This document shows positions 18,472 through 27,150 of a stretch of DNA of 64,000 bases, one piece after another. The stretch comes from an uncultured Acidimicrobiales bacterium (lineage in GTDB: Bacteria > Actinomycetota > Acidimicrobiia > Acidimicrobiales > CAWCAL01), in assembly GCA_963695075.1 (NCBI GenBank), contig CAVOFR010000007.1, forward strand, positions 1,616,904-1,680,903, read 5' to 3'. The translations under genes were made by a program, and so were the position numbers. The first letter of the stretch is position 1; each line of letters begins with the position of its first letter. The notes beneath the pieces were generated by a model. The model ran no database searches and was not told the DNA's origin. It worked only from the letters and a program-made list of their open reading frames with translations.

Positions 18472-19944
18472 GTGAGCAATGACGCCTACATAGCCGGTCA
18501 CGGCGCATATGTTCCGCCCCGGCGGCTGCAGCGCTCCGAGATGGCCTCACTGTGGGGCGGGCCCGCCGTACCCGGCGTGCGGGCCGTGGCCGGTCGTGAC
18601 GAGGACACCCTGACCATGGCGGTGGAGGCCGCACACGACTGCCTCGAGGCGGGCCCCGCCCCCGGTGACATCGACGCGGTCTTCTTCGCGAGCACCACGC
18701 CCCCGTACGCCGAGAAACATGCGGCGGCCACCCTGGCGGCGGTGCTGGGCCTGCGCCGTGACGTCTTCACCGCCGACATCACCGACACGCTGCGGGCGGG
18801 TACGTCGGCATTGCGACTCGCGATCGAGGCCGTGCGGGCCGGGTCGGCGGCGAACGCCCTCGTCGTAGCTTCGGAGGCGCGGCTGGGCGAACCTGATTCG
18901 ATCACCGAGCAGATGTTGGGAGACGCCGCGGGCGCTGTCCTCGTGTCCAGCGCCGGCCCCGTGCGGGTCGCCGAGGCGATCGCGATCGCCGATGAGTTCA
19001 CCGGCCCGTGGCGACGAACCGGGGACACGGCGATTCGCTCCTTCCAAGGCAAGTTCGAGACCGAGTACGGCTGCCGACGGATTCTCGTCGAAGCGGCCGA
19101 GGCCGTGTTGGCTCGCGCCGAGCTGGCGCCCGGGGACGTCTCGAAGATGATCCTGGCCGCCCCCGACCCGCGCACCGCCCGTGGTGCGGCCGCTCCCTTC
19201 GGTTTCGACGGTGGCGAACCTCACGACGATCTGTTCATGGAGATGGGCTATTCCGGAGCGGCCTATCCCTTGATCTGCCTCGGGGCCATCCTGGAAGGGA
19301 CCGAGAGCGGAGAGCGGCTCCTTCTGGCGGCCCACGGCGAGGGAGCCGACGGGTTCTTGTTCGACGTCGAAGCCACGCCGTCACGACCGGAATCCTGGCG
19401 GGGTGTCGCAGGGGCTCTGGCCCACCGGCTCGGCGATGCCAGCTACGGCGACTACCTCGCGTCGCGAGAGCTCGTGGCGCGAGAGCGGGTCGAGATGCGT
19501 TCGTCGCCGGTGCTCTATCAGCGTGATCTGTCCCGGGAACTGGACCTGTCCGCCGGACGCTGCACCGAATGCGGCCTGGTGCAGTATCCGGGAGGCCGTG
19601 TCTGCGACGGTTGCGGCGGCTATCGGACCCTCGAGGACGTCCGGCTCTCCCGGACCGGCACGGTCTTCACCAACACGCTCGATCACATCGATCAGAACTG
19701 CTACCTGACCGAGCCGATCCCCCGGGCGGTGGTCGACCTGGATGGTGGCGGCCGCATCTTCCTCGACGTGACCGACTGCGAGTCCGGCGACGTCCATCCG
19801 GGGCTTTCGGTCGAGCTGACCTTCCGACGCATTCACGCTGGGGGCGGGTACAACAACTACTACTGGAAGTGCCGACCGGCCAGGAGCTCGGGGGACGACA
19901 CGTCCGATGGTGGTGGACCCCGGACCGACAACGGGAGGGCCTGA
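18472..19944 (+). CDS. HMG-CoA-synthase/KAS-III-like domain fused to a C-terminal DUF35 Zn-ribbon/OB-fold domain
   Basis: N-terminal condensing-enzyme-like region (..FFASTTPPYAEKHAAAT..ITDTLRAGTSALRLA..). C-terminal CTECGLVQYPGGRVCDGCGG plus an OB-fold. GTG start after AGGGAG. Confidence 0.7.
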   Translation: MSNDAYIAGHGAYVPPRRLQRSEMASLWGGPAVPGVRAVAGRDEDTLTMAVEAAHDCLEAGPAPGDIDAVFFASTTPPYAEKHAAATLAAVLGLRRDVFTADITDTLRAGTSALRLAIEAVRAGSAANALVVASEARLGEPDSITEQMLGDAAGAVLVSSAGPVRVAEAIAIADEFTGPWRRTGDTAIRSFQGKFETEYGCRRILVEAAEAVLARAELAPGDVSKMILAAPDPRTARGAAAPFGFDGGEPHDDLFMEMGYSGAAYPLICLGAILEGTESGERLLLAAHGEGADGFLFDVEATPSRPESWRGVAGALAHRLGDASYGDYLASRELVARERVEMRSSPVLYQRDLSRELDLSAGRCTECGLVQYPGGRVCDGCGGYRTLEDVRLSRTGTVFTNTLDHIDQNCYLTEPIPRAVVDLDGGGRIFLDVTDCESGDVHPGLSVELTFRRIHAGGGYNNYYWKCRPARSSGDDTSDGGGPRTDNGRA

Positions 19945-19947
19945 CCC

Positions 19948-21129
19948 ATGACGCAGGGAATCCGTGACCGAGCAGCCATCGCCGGCGTGGGCTGCACACC
20001 CTTCGGTGAGCACTGGGAAGCCGGGACCTCCGACATGCTCGCCGACGCGTGCTTCCAGGCATTCGAGGACGCCGGTATCGAACCGGCGGACGTCGATGCC
20101 ATCTGGGTGGGATCTCTCTACCCGTTCACCGGTCTGTCCGGGGCCATGGCGGCCGACGCGCTCAAGCTGTACGGCAAGCCGGTCACCCACGTCGAGAACT
20201 TCTGTGCCTCCGGCCTCGACGCGTTCCGCAACGCCTGCTACGCGGTCGCCGCCGGCATCTGTGACGTCGCCCTGGCCTGCGGGGTCGAGAAGATCCTCGA
20301 CCAGTCGGCGTCGGGCCTGCCCCTCGACGTGCTCGGGGGTCACCCGGTCATGGGCTCGGTGTCGGCCCCCGCGGTCTTCGCGTTGGCCGCGACGCGGGCG
20401 ATGAACGAATGGGGCTGGACCCGCGAAGACCTGGCCGCCGTGGCGGTCAAGAACCACGACAACGGCTCGGACCATCCCCTCGCCCACTTTCGCCGGCAGG
20501 TGACCGTCGACCAGGTTCTGGGCTCTCCCTGCCTGGCCGCGCCGCTGGGTCGGCTCGACGCCTGTGGTGTGTCCGACGGGGCGGCCGCCGTGGTCATCAC
20601 CCGGCCCGAGATAGCCCGCGAGCTCGCCCACAAGGACGACTTCCCCTGGGTCAAGGCCGTTCAGTTGTCGGTCCACACCGGGTGGCCCGTGTACAAGTCC
20701 GACTTCGACTACCTCGGGTTCCCGGCCACGCGCCAGGCCGCGACCCAGGCATACGAGGAAGCCGGCATCACCAACCCCCGGGCCGATATCGGTCTCGCCG
20801 AGGTCCACGACTGCTTCACGATCACCGAACTGCTGAACATCGGGGATCTCGGACTCTGTGAGCAGTCCGAAGCAGCAGCGTTCGTCAACGCCGGGCACGC
20901 GGACCACGACGGTCGGATACCGATCAACCCTTCCGGCGGCCTGAAGAGCTTCGGGCATCCCATCGGAGCGACGGGATGTCGGATGATCTACGAGATCACA
21001 CGCCAGATCCAAGGGCGTGCCGACGGTCGGCAGGTGAAGGACGCCTCCTTCGGACTAGCCCACAATCTCGGCGGTCAAGGCTCCGCTGTCGCCGTCGCGG
21101 TCCTCGGAGCGAACGACACCGGCCCCTGA
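19948..21129 (+). CDS. SCP-x-type thiolase-like protein (nucleophilic Cys present)
   Basis: AIAGVGCTPFGEHW, ENFCASGLDAFRNA, NPSGGLKSFGHPIGATG, C-terminal NLGG. Confidence 0.8.
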   Translation: MTQGIRDRAAIAGVGCTPFGEHWEAGTSDMLADACFQAFEDAGIEPADVDAIWVGSLYPFTGLSGAMAADALKLYGKPVTHVENFCASGLDAFRNACYAVAAGICDVALACGVEKILDQSASGLPLDVLGGHPVMGSVSAPAVFALAATRAMNEWGWTREDLAAVAVKNHDNGSDHPLAHFRRQVTVDQVLGSPCLAAPLGRLDACGVSDGAAAVVITRPEIARELAHKDDFPWVKAVQLSVHTGWPVYKSDFDYLGFPATRQAATQAYEEAGITNPRADIGLAEVHDCFTITELLNIGDLGLCEQSEAAAFVNAGHADHDGRIPINPSGGLKSFGHPIGATGCRMIYEITRQIQGRADGRQVKDASFGLAHNLGGQGSAVAVAVLGANDTGP

Positions 21130-21579
21130 GGTCGACCCGGCACCTTTCATCGGCGTTCGTTTCCCGTCGAGCGTCGGGGAGACAGGGCCGCAGGCGAGGG
21201 TCGCCGCCCTTCGGACCTTGGGACAGATGACCTTGCGGCCGTGGTCGCAGCGCACGCAGAGCCAGCCGTCGACGCCGGGTTCCTTCCACAGCGAGTTGCC
21301 GCACCCGGGGCACCGCCGTCGACCCTCGGCGCAGGTCCACCCCTCGAACCGATTCGACGAGAGGGGACAACCGCGGCCCCAGCACACCGCCCAGGCCGGG
21401 TCCGGGGCGATGGCGCCGGTGGGACAAACGACCACACACTTGCCGCAGTCGTTGCAGTCGAGGGCGGTGATCGCCACCGGGGCCGGGTCCCGCCGGGGGA
21501 CCGCACGTATGGCCCCGATCGGGCAGGCTCGCAGGCAGATGCCACAGTCGATGCACCCGTCGCCGACCCCGTAGCTCAT
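21055..21579 (-). CDS. 2x[4Fe-4S] ferredoxin domain protein with a Cys-rich (zinc-ribbon-like) C-terminal extension
   Basis: Internal ATG at 21579 of ORF 21055..21606. Motifs: CIDCGICLRACPIGAI and CNDCGKCVVVCPTGAI, then CAEGRRRCPGCG..CVRCDHG. The last 75 nt overlap the convergent thiolase gene, so the 3' end is uncertain. Confidence 0.65.
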   Translation of the reverse strand: MSYGVGDGCIDCGICLRACPIGAIRAVPRRDPAPVAITALDCNDCGKCVVVCPTGAIAPDPAWAVCWGRGCPLSSNRFEGWTCAEGRRRCPGCGNSLWKEPGVDGWLCVRCDHGRKVICPKVRRAATLACGPVSPTLDGKRTPMKGAGSTSGAGVVRSEDRDGDSGALTAEIVG

Positions 21580-21676
21580 CCGGCCCCTTTCGGTGGTTCG
21601 CCCCACTCTACCGGCCGGACCGGGGCGGCCCGAAGGGGACCGTCCGGGGGGCCGCCCGGCGGTCGAATGTCACATG

Positions 21677-21705
21677 TTGACATTACTAGCTCGAATACCT
21701 AGAGT
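21677..21705 (+). promoter_or_regulatory. Candidate housekeeping-type promoter TTGACA-17 nt-TAGAGT upstream of Mo-enzyme alpha-1
   Basis: Consensus -35 hexamer at 21677-21682, a 17-nt spacer, and a TANNNT-type -10 at 21700-21705, inside the only AT-rich patch of the 182-nt intergenic region. Confidence 0.5.
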
Positions 21706-21761
21706 TCGGCCGCGTGCCCCCATCACGAGGCCCTGCTGGCGATGAAACCGACTGAGCATCG

Positions 21762-24545
21762 ATGAGTGCCTCGACGGGTCAGGCCGGCACCGAGGCGTCC
21801 TACAGCCGTCGATGGACCTGGGACCGGGTCGCCTGGGGGACCCACTGCCTCAACTGCCTGGCCACCTGTCCCTACCGCGTCTTCGTACGCGACGGGTCGG
21901 TCGCCTTCGAAGAGGTGGGTGGCACGCTCCCCGTCGTCGAAGCGGGCGTGCCGGACATGAACCCCCTCGGGTGCCAGAAGGGGGCCGCCTGGAGCACCCA
22001 GCTCGACAGCGAAGACCGCATCCTGCACCCGATGCGCCGGGTGGGGGAGCGGGGTTCGGGTCGATGGGAGACGATCAGCTGGGACGAGGCCCTCGAAGAG
22101 GTCGCCGAGGCGCTCGTCGAGGCCATCGACCTCGAGGGACCGGAATCGATCATCTTCGAGGAGACGGTCGAGGGCGGGCTCATGACCCAGGCGCCCTTCC
22201 TGCGCTTCGCCGGCCTGCTGGGTGCCGTCACGCTCGACGCCAACGGCTTGGTCAACGACTTTCCCGTCGGCCAGCACATGACGTTCGGGAAGTTCTCCAG
22301 CGCGAGCAGCGTCGACGACAACTTCCACACCGAGTTGATGCTGTTGTGGCATTCGAACCCCGGCTACACATGGATCCCGTATCACCACTACCTGACCGAG
22401 GCCCGCTATCACGGGGCGCATCTCGTCACCATCGCGCCCGACTACAACGCGACCGCGGTCAGCTCCGACCAGTTCGTGCCCGTCGAGCCCGCCACCGACG
22501 CCGCTCTGGCCCTGGCGATGTGTGCAACGGTGATCGAGGAGGATCTGGCCGACCTGGCGTTCGTCCGGTCCCAGACGGATCTTCCCCTCCTCGTACTGAC
22601 CGAGAACGGCCGGTTCCTCCGGGGTCCCGACGTCGAGGCCGGGCTGGTCGAGGATCAGTTCTACACATGGCATCCCGAGGACGGGCTGACCAGGGCCGAC
22701 CGGGGCAGCCTGCTGTTGGATCACGAACCGGCGCTCGACGGCACCTGGTCGGTCACCCTCGACGACGGTACCGAGGTCGAGGTGACCACGGTGTGGGCGC
22801 TGATGCGGGAGCGTCTCGCGGACTACACGCCAGAACTGGCTTCGGAGATCTGCGGGGTGAACGCCGAGGTGATCCGGGATCTGGCACGCCGGGTGGCGCG
22901 GCAGCGCACCAAGATCCTCGAAGGCTTCAACGCTCCCAAGTACTACCACGGCGACCTCATGGAACGGTCCATGATCCTGTTGCTGGCGCTGACGGGGAAC
23001 TGGGGTCGACCGGGCACCGGTATCCAGGGGCTGGCCCTCGCGGGCCTCGACGGTTACATGCTGTTCTCCATGAAGTCCGCCGCGGGTGTCGATGAGACGG
23101 CTCGGTTGCTCGACGGCATCGACGGGGCGGTCGAGGACCTGCGCGGACGCGATCCCGACCAGTCCGAGGAGATCATCGGCAACCAGCTCCTGCAGATGGC
23201 CGTGGTGTCGGGCACGTCGACACCACCGGTCTTCTTCAACTACCACCACTGCGGGTACGACGACGCGTGGAACCGGGCCGAGTGGTCCGATCCGCACATG
23301 GAGAAGACCTTCGGCGAGTACATGGCCGAGGCGGTCCAGCGCGGTTGGTGGGGAGGCCTGACGCGGCCCGGCCAGGCGACCGATCCCCAGGTGCTGGTCG
23401 TCGTCGGCACCAATCCCCTGCGGCGGGCGCGTGGCGGGCGTACCAAGATGCTGGAGAACCTGTGGCCGAAGCTCGAGAAGGTCGTCGTCGTCGACTTTCG
23501 GATGTCGACCACAGCGCTTCACGCCGACATCGTCCTGCCCGCCGCCATGCACTACGAACGGCCGAACCTCCAGTACGCCATCACCCACACCTTCCGGCTG
23601 ACCTTCGCCGACGAGGTCGTCGAACCACCTGGCGAGGCGCGCACCGAGTGGCAGATCTTCCGGGCCCTGTCAGAGGCGGTGGAGGTGGCTGCAGAGCAAG
23701 CCGGCGTGACCGAGTATCTCGACGGGCGCCGCCAGACCCGCCGCCTCGATGCCGTCGTCGACGGCTTCACCTCCGGTGGCGTGTTCGAGACCGAGGAAGC
23801 CGTGATCGACGAGTGGGTTCGTGACTCCGTCGAGGCCGGAACCCTTCCCCCGGGGACCTCGATCGACAGCTTGCGGGAGGACGGGAGCGTCCGCTTCATC
23901 GGGCTCGGGAACTTCGCGCCCGGTCTCTCGGTCGCCGCTGATGTGGAACCGGACAAGGTCCTCACCTCCTACAAGTGGCACGCCGAGGACGGGATCCCGT
24001 TTCCGACCCTCACGCGGCGGGCGCAGTTCAACATCGATCACCCGTGGTTCCAGGCCGCCGACGAGGCGCTCCCGCGCCACAAGGCGCCGCCGAAGGTGGG
24101 CGGCGAGTACCCGTTCCTGGTCACCAGTGGCCACTCCCGCTGGACCGTGCACTCAATCGCGATGGGCAACCGTGCCGTCCTGGAGACCCACCGCGGGAGG
24201 CCGCTCGTGATCGTGAACACGGGCGAGGCCGCCGATCGCGACATCGCCGACGGAGATTGCGTGCGCGTGTGGAACGACCACGGGGACTACGAGGCGATGG
24301 CAAGGATCAGCGAGCGGGTCCGACCCGGCCAGATGATCGTGTACAACGGGTTCGAACCGCACATGTTCGCCGGGTGGCGAGGGGCCAACGAGGTGGAGCC
24401 GGGCATGGTCAAATGGCTGCACCTGGTCAGCCGGTACGGGCATCTCCGATACTTGCCGTTCGGGTGGCAACCAATTCCGGCTGATCGTGCCGTCTTCGTG
24501 GAAATCGAGAGGGTCCCGGAAGCCGGCCGGCAAGGAGGGGACTGA
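21762..24545 (+). CDS. Molybdopterin oxidoreductase catalytic subunit, type II DMSO-reductase family (EBDH/S25DH-like), alpha-1; no Tat signal
   Basis: 927 aa. FS0 motif THCLNCLATC..NPLGCQKG begins about 27 residues from the N-terminus. Candidate Mo-ligand Asp166 in GLVNDFPVGQHMTFG. Paralogous to three other genes in the window. Confidence 0.85.
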   Translation: MSASTGQAGTEASYSRRWTWDRVAWGTHCLNCLATCPYRVFVRDGSVAFEEVGGTLPVVEAGVPDMNPLGCQKGAAWSTQLDSEDRILHPMRRVGERGSGRWETISWDEALEEVAEALVEAIDLEGPESIIFEETVEGGLMTQAPFLRFAGLLGAVTLDANGLVNDFPVGQHMTFGKFSSASSVDDNFHTELMLLWHSNPGYTWIPYHHYLTEARYHGAHLVTIAPDYNATAVSSDQFVPVEPATDAALALAMCATVIEEDLADLAFVRSQTDLPLLVLTENGRFLRGPDVEAGLVEDQFYTWHPEDGLTRADRGSLLLDHEPALDGTWSVTLDDGTEVEVTTVWALMRERLADYTPELASEICGVNAEVIRDLARRVARQRTKILEGFNAPKYYHGDLMERSMILLLALTGNWGRPGTGIQGLALAGLDGYMLFSMKSAAGVDETARLLDGIDGAVEDLRGRDPDQSEEIIGNQLLQMAVVSGTSTPPVFFNYHHCGYDDAWNRAEWSDPHMEKTFGEYMAEAVQRGWWGGLTRPGQATDPQVLVVVGTNPLRRARGGRTKMLENLWPKLEKVVVVDFRMSTTALHADIVLPAAMHYERPNLQYAITHTFRLTFADEVVEPPGEARTEWQIFRALSEAVEVAAEQAGVTEYLDGRRQTRRLDAVVDGFTSGGVFETEEAVIDEWVRDSVEAGTLPPGTSIDSLREDGSVRFIGLGNFAPGLSVAADVEPDKVLTSYKWHAEDGIPFPTLTRRAQFNIDHPWFQAADEALPRHKAPPKVGGEYPFLVTSGHSRWTVHSIAMGNRAVLETHRGRPLVIVNTGEAADRDIADGDCVRVWNDHGDYEAMARISERVRPGQMIVYNGFEPHMFAGWRGANEVEPGMVKWLHLVSRYGHLRYLPFGWQPIPADRAVFVEIERVPEAGRQGGD

Positions 24546-26026
24546 TGCCCGATCTGGAGTTCACGTCTGCGTCGCGGCCCGAGCCGACGCCGCTCCCTCT
24601 CAGTGCGGACGAGCAGGCGGCGATCGCCCGGGCGTTCGAGGGCCCCTCGTCGCTCTTCTCCAACCTGAGCACCCTGCGGACGCGCCGGGTCGGCCTCGGT
24701 TACCAGATCGAGACCGGCGAGCCCGAGACGTTCGAGTGGTCGAGCGGCCAGACCGTCACCCAGGCGGTCGGTCCGTTGGCCTACGCGTCGCCCTCCGACC
24801 CGGTACCGCTGTCGGAGGTCGAAGAAGCGCTACTGGCCTGGGCGGCTCTGGGCCCCAACGGCGTCGCACTCGCCGACATCCCGGTCCAGGGCGGCCTGTC
24901 GGGAATGCTGTCGTGGGCGGGGCGCACGATCCCCGCTTCGTCGAATGACCTCTCCGTCGACCTTTTCGTCATCAACGACGAGGGCGTGTGGCGGTACCGG
25001 CCCGACCCCGAGCGGCTCGCACCCGTCGAGATAGCCGGGCCGGACGACTACTGGAAGATCCTCCACTGGTATCGCGAGAACCGCGTGAAGGTCGCCGATG
25101 CTCGTCCTGATGTCGGCTGGTTCAGCGCTCCCGAGGGCACGCACAGTGTCAACGCCATGGGACCGGGGCAGTACAACCTCAACCGTCCGGGTAGCACGTG
25201 GTTCCTCCCCGTCGGCGACCTCGGGCTCGAGTGGTACAACATGTTGCTCAGCTCCTATGAGTGGTCGGGCTTCTACCTGATGGATCCCGACACCCAGAAG
25301 GCGGCGGGCGTCGAGGAGTACATCCGGCCGGGCTTCCTGGAGGTCGGGTTCCCGATCCCGGTGTTCGACGACCTGGTCCGGCTTCTTCACGCCAGCCAGG
25401 TCGGGTGCGCGGTCCAGAATCTCCGGCTGGCGGCCGAGGCGCTCGGCCTGGGCGCCTGGCCGATGGGCTCGTACGCCGACGACCTGGTTCTCGGTGCCTA
25501 CCCGGATGTGGCCACCGGGCTCGGTTTCGATTTCCTCGAGCGTGACCCGGACCGGAACCCCGCGTTCACCACCACCTGTCTCGGCAAGCCCGGTGTGAAG
25601 GAGCCGGTCGTCGTACCCTCGCCTCAGTTCCCGACCGCGGCGGATGCGGTCACCTACGTCAAGTCGCTGCGGTACGGGCCCGGCGGTCATCTGAGTCGGG
25701 AGGCGAACTGGGCCGAACGGAACGAGGGTCCCTACCGACCCGAGGTCATGCGGGACATCCTCGAGCACCCGAAGAGCCACATCTCCGAGTGGGTCGAAAA
25801 GGCGGCCGTCGCCACCGTCGAGCACATCGTCGAGAAGTACGGATGCTGCCCGGCCTGGATCGACCCGGTGCGGGCCAAGTTCTCGGTCCAGGTACACCAC
25901 GTAGACGTGGAGTGGTACCGGCGGTTCACGGTGGGCGACGATCGACCGTACGCGGTCACCAAGGCCATTGCCGAGCACTTCGCGGACTGGCACCCCGACC
26001 GGCCCGATCCCACGGGAGGGGCGTGA
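24545..26026 (+). CDS. Large nitroreductase-superfamily-like protein (function unknown)
   Basis: 493 aa. The ATG overlaps the alpha-1 TGA. Nitroreductase-like segments LSEVEEALLAWAALGPNG and VGCAVQNLRLAAEALGLGAWPMG. Assignment is by motif only. Confidence 0.5.
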   Translation: MPDLEFTSASRPEPTPLPLSADEQAAIARAFEGPSSLFSNLSTLRTRRVGLGYQIETGEPETFEWSSGQTVTQAVGPLAYASPSDPVPLSEVEEALLAWAALGPNGVALADIPVQGGLSGMLSWAGRTIPASSNDLSVDLFVINDEGVWRYRPDPERLAPVEIAGPDDYWKILHWYRENRVKVADARPDVGWFSAPEGTHSVNAMGPGQYNLNRPGSTWFLPVGDLGLEWYNMLLSSYEWSGFYLMDPDTQKAAGVEEYIRPGFLEVGFPIPVFDDLVRLLHASQVGCAVQNLRLAAEALGLGAWPMGSYADDLVLGAYPDVATGLGFDFLERDPDRNPAFTTTCLGKPGVKEPVVVPSPQFPTAADAVTYVKSLRYGPGGHLSREANWAERNEGPYRPEVMRDILEHPKSHISEWVEKAAVATVEHIVEKYGCCPAWIDPVRAKFSVQVHHVDVEWYRRFTVGDDRPYAVTKAIAEHFADWHPDRPDPTGGA

Positions 26027-26556
26027 TGGAGACCGAGCTCGTGCGGGTGTTGGCCGCGTGGCTGCACGCCCTCGGCGTGGCGACCTACGTGGGAGGGGCG
26101 ATCATCATGGAGTTCGTCGTCGGCCCGGCCCAGAAGGCCATCCCGCCCGCCCAGGCGCAGGTCATGGGCAAGAAGGCGGCGGACCGGTTTCTCTGGTTCG
26201 CATGGGGATCGTTGGGTCTGATCGCCGTCTCGGGTCTACTGCGCCTGTTCTCCACCAACGCCGAGAAGCTGTTGTTCGGCTCCGCGGCGTTTGACGTCTC
26301 GCTCGGACGGACCTATCTCGTGAAGTCCGTCCTGTGGTTGGTGCTGGTGGTGAACGGCCTGATCATCACATTCGTGCTCAGGCCGAAGCTGTCGGCGCGG
26401 TCCGGGTCGGGTACGTCGGCCACCCAGGCTCAGTCCCATCAGCAGGACCAGGTCCGCGCCGCGAACCGGATACTGTGGCTGACCCGAGTCGACCTGGCGG
26501 TCGCCGTCGTGTTGGTGCTGCTCGGTTCGTCACTCGGGTTCGGTGGATTCCTCTGA
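26026..26556 (+). CDS. 4-TM integral membrane protein (DUF4149/CopD-like topology), paralog 1
   Basis: Internal ATG at 26026 of ORF 25789..26556, overlapping the previous TGA. Four hydrophobic stretches. N-terminus LAAWLHALGVATYVGGAIIMEFVVGPAQ matches the next gene. Confidence 0.6.
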   Translation: METELVRVLAAWLHALGVATYVGGAIIMEFVVGPAQKAIPPAQAQVMGKKAADRFLWFAWGSLGLIAVSGLLRLFSTNAEKLLFGSAAFDVSLGRTYLVKSVLWLVLVVNGLIITFVLRPKLSARSGSGTSATQAQSHQQDQVRAANRILWLTRVDLAVAVVLVLLGSSLGFGGFL

Positions 26557-26574
26557 GCGGGGACGAGGTTCCTC

Positions 26575-27111
26575 TTGGACGCTTGGGCATCGGTACTGGC
26601 CGGATTCCACGGCCTCTGCTGGGCGACGTATGTCGGCGGCGCGCTCGTGATGGAGTTCGTCTGGCGTCCCGCACAACAGGACCTTCCCGGGGCGCAGACG
26701 GCCGTGGCCTGTCAGAGGATGGGCTTGCGCTATCGCTGGATCGCCCTGGCGTCGCTCCTCGGCGTCGCGGTGAGTGGGGTCGGGCTGCTGTTCGAGGCCG
26801 GCCACCTCGCTACCTCGGCACCCGTCGTGCGCGAATCGTTGTCGTTGTCGGCCGGCTACGGTCGCACGATGGCGGCGCTCGGTGTGGTCTGGGTCGCTCT
26901 GATGGCCAACCTGGCGTTGCTGACCTTCATCGCTCACCCCGGGCTCCACGTCCGCATGACGACCGATCTCACCGAGTCCGAGATGCGTCGGGCACGCGAA
27001 AAGGTCGGCCGGGCGATCCGCCGGATGGATCGGGTGCTGCGATTCGACCTGGGTCTCGCTCTGCTGGCCATGTTGTTGGGGGCATCGCTACCGTCGGGTG
27101 GCCTGCTGTGA
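26575..27111 (+). CDS. 4-TM integral membrane protein, paralog 2 (tandem duplicate of 26026..26556)
   Basis: LAGFHGLCWATYVGGALVMEFVWRPAQ aligns with paralog 1. TTG start after GACGAGG. Confidence 0.6.
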   Translation: MDAWASVLAGFHGLCWATYVGGALVMEFVWRPAQQDLPGAQTAVACQRMGLRYRWIALASLLGVAVSGVGLLFEAGHLATSAPVVRESLSLSAGYGRTMAALGVVWVALMANLALLTFIAHPGLHVRMTTDLTESEMRRAREKVGRAIRRMDRVLRFDLGLALLAMLLGASLPSGGLL

Positions 27112-27150
27112 GCGCGTGTCGCGCTCGTTCGACCGGGAGGACGTGAGCCG

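Noticed and set aside
17047-23588. Minus-strand ORFs 17047..18501, 19381..21012 and 21723..23588 (484-621 aa).
   Set aside because: They are antisense to the thiolase, fusion and alpha-1 genes, have no motifs, and their frames lack the third-position GC bias of the sense frames.
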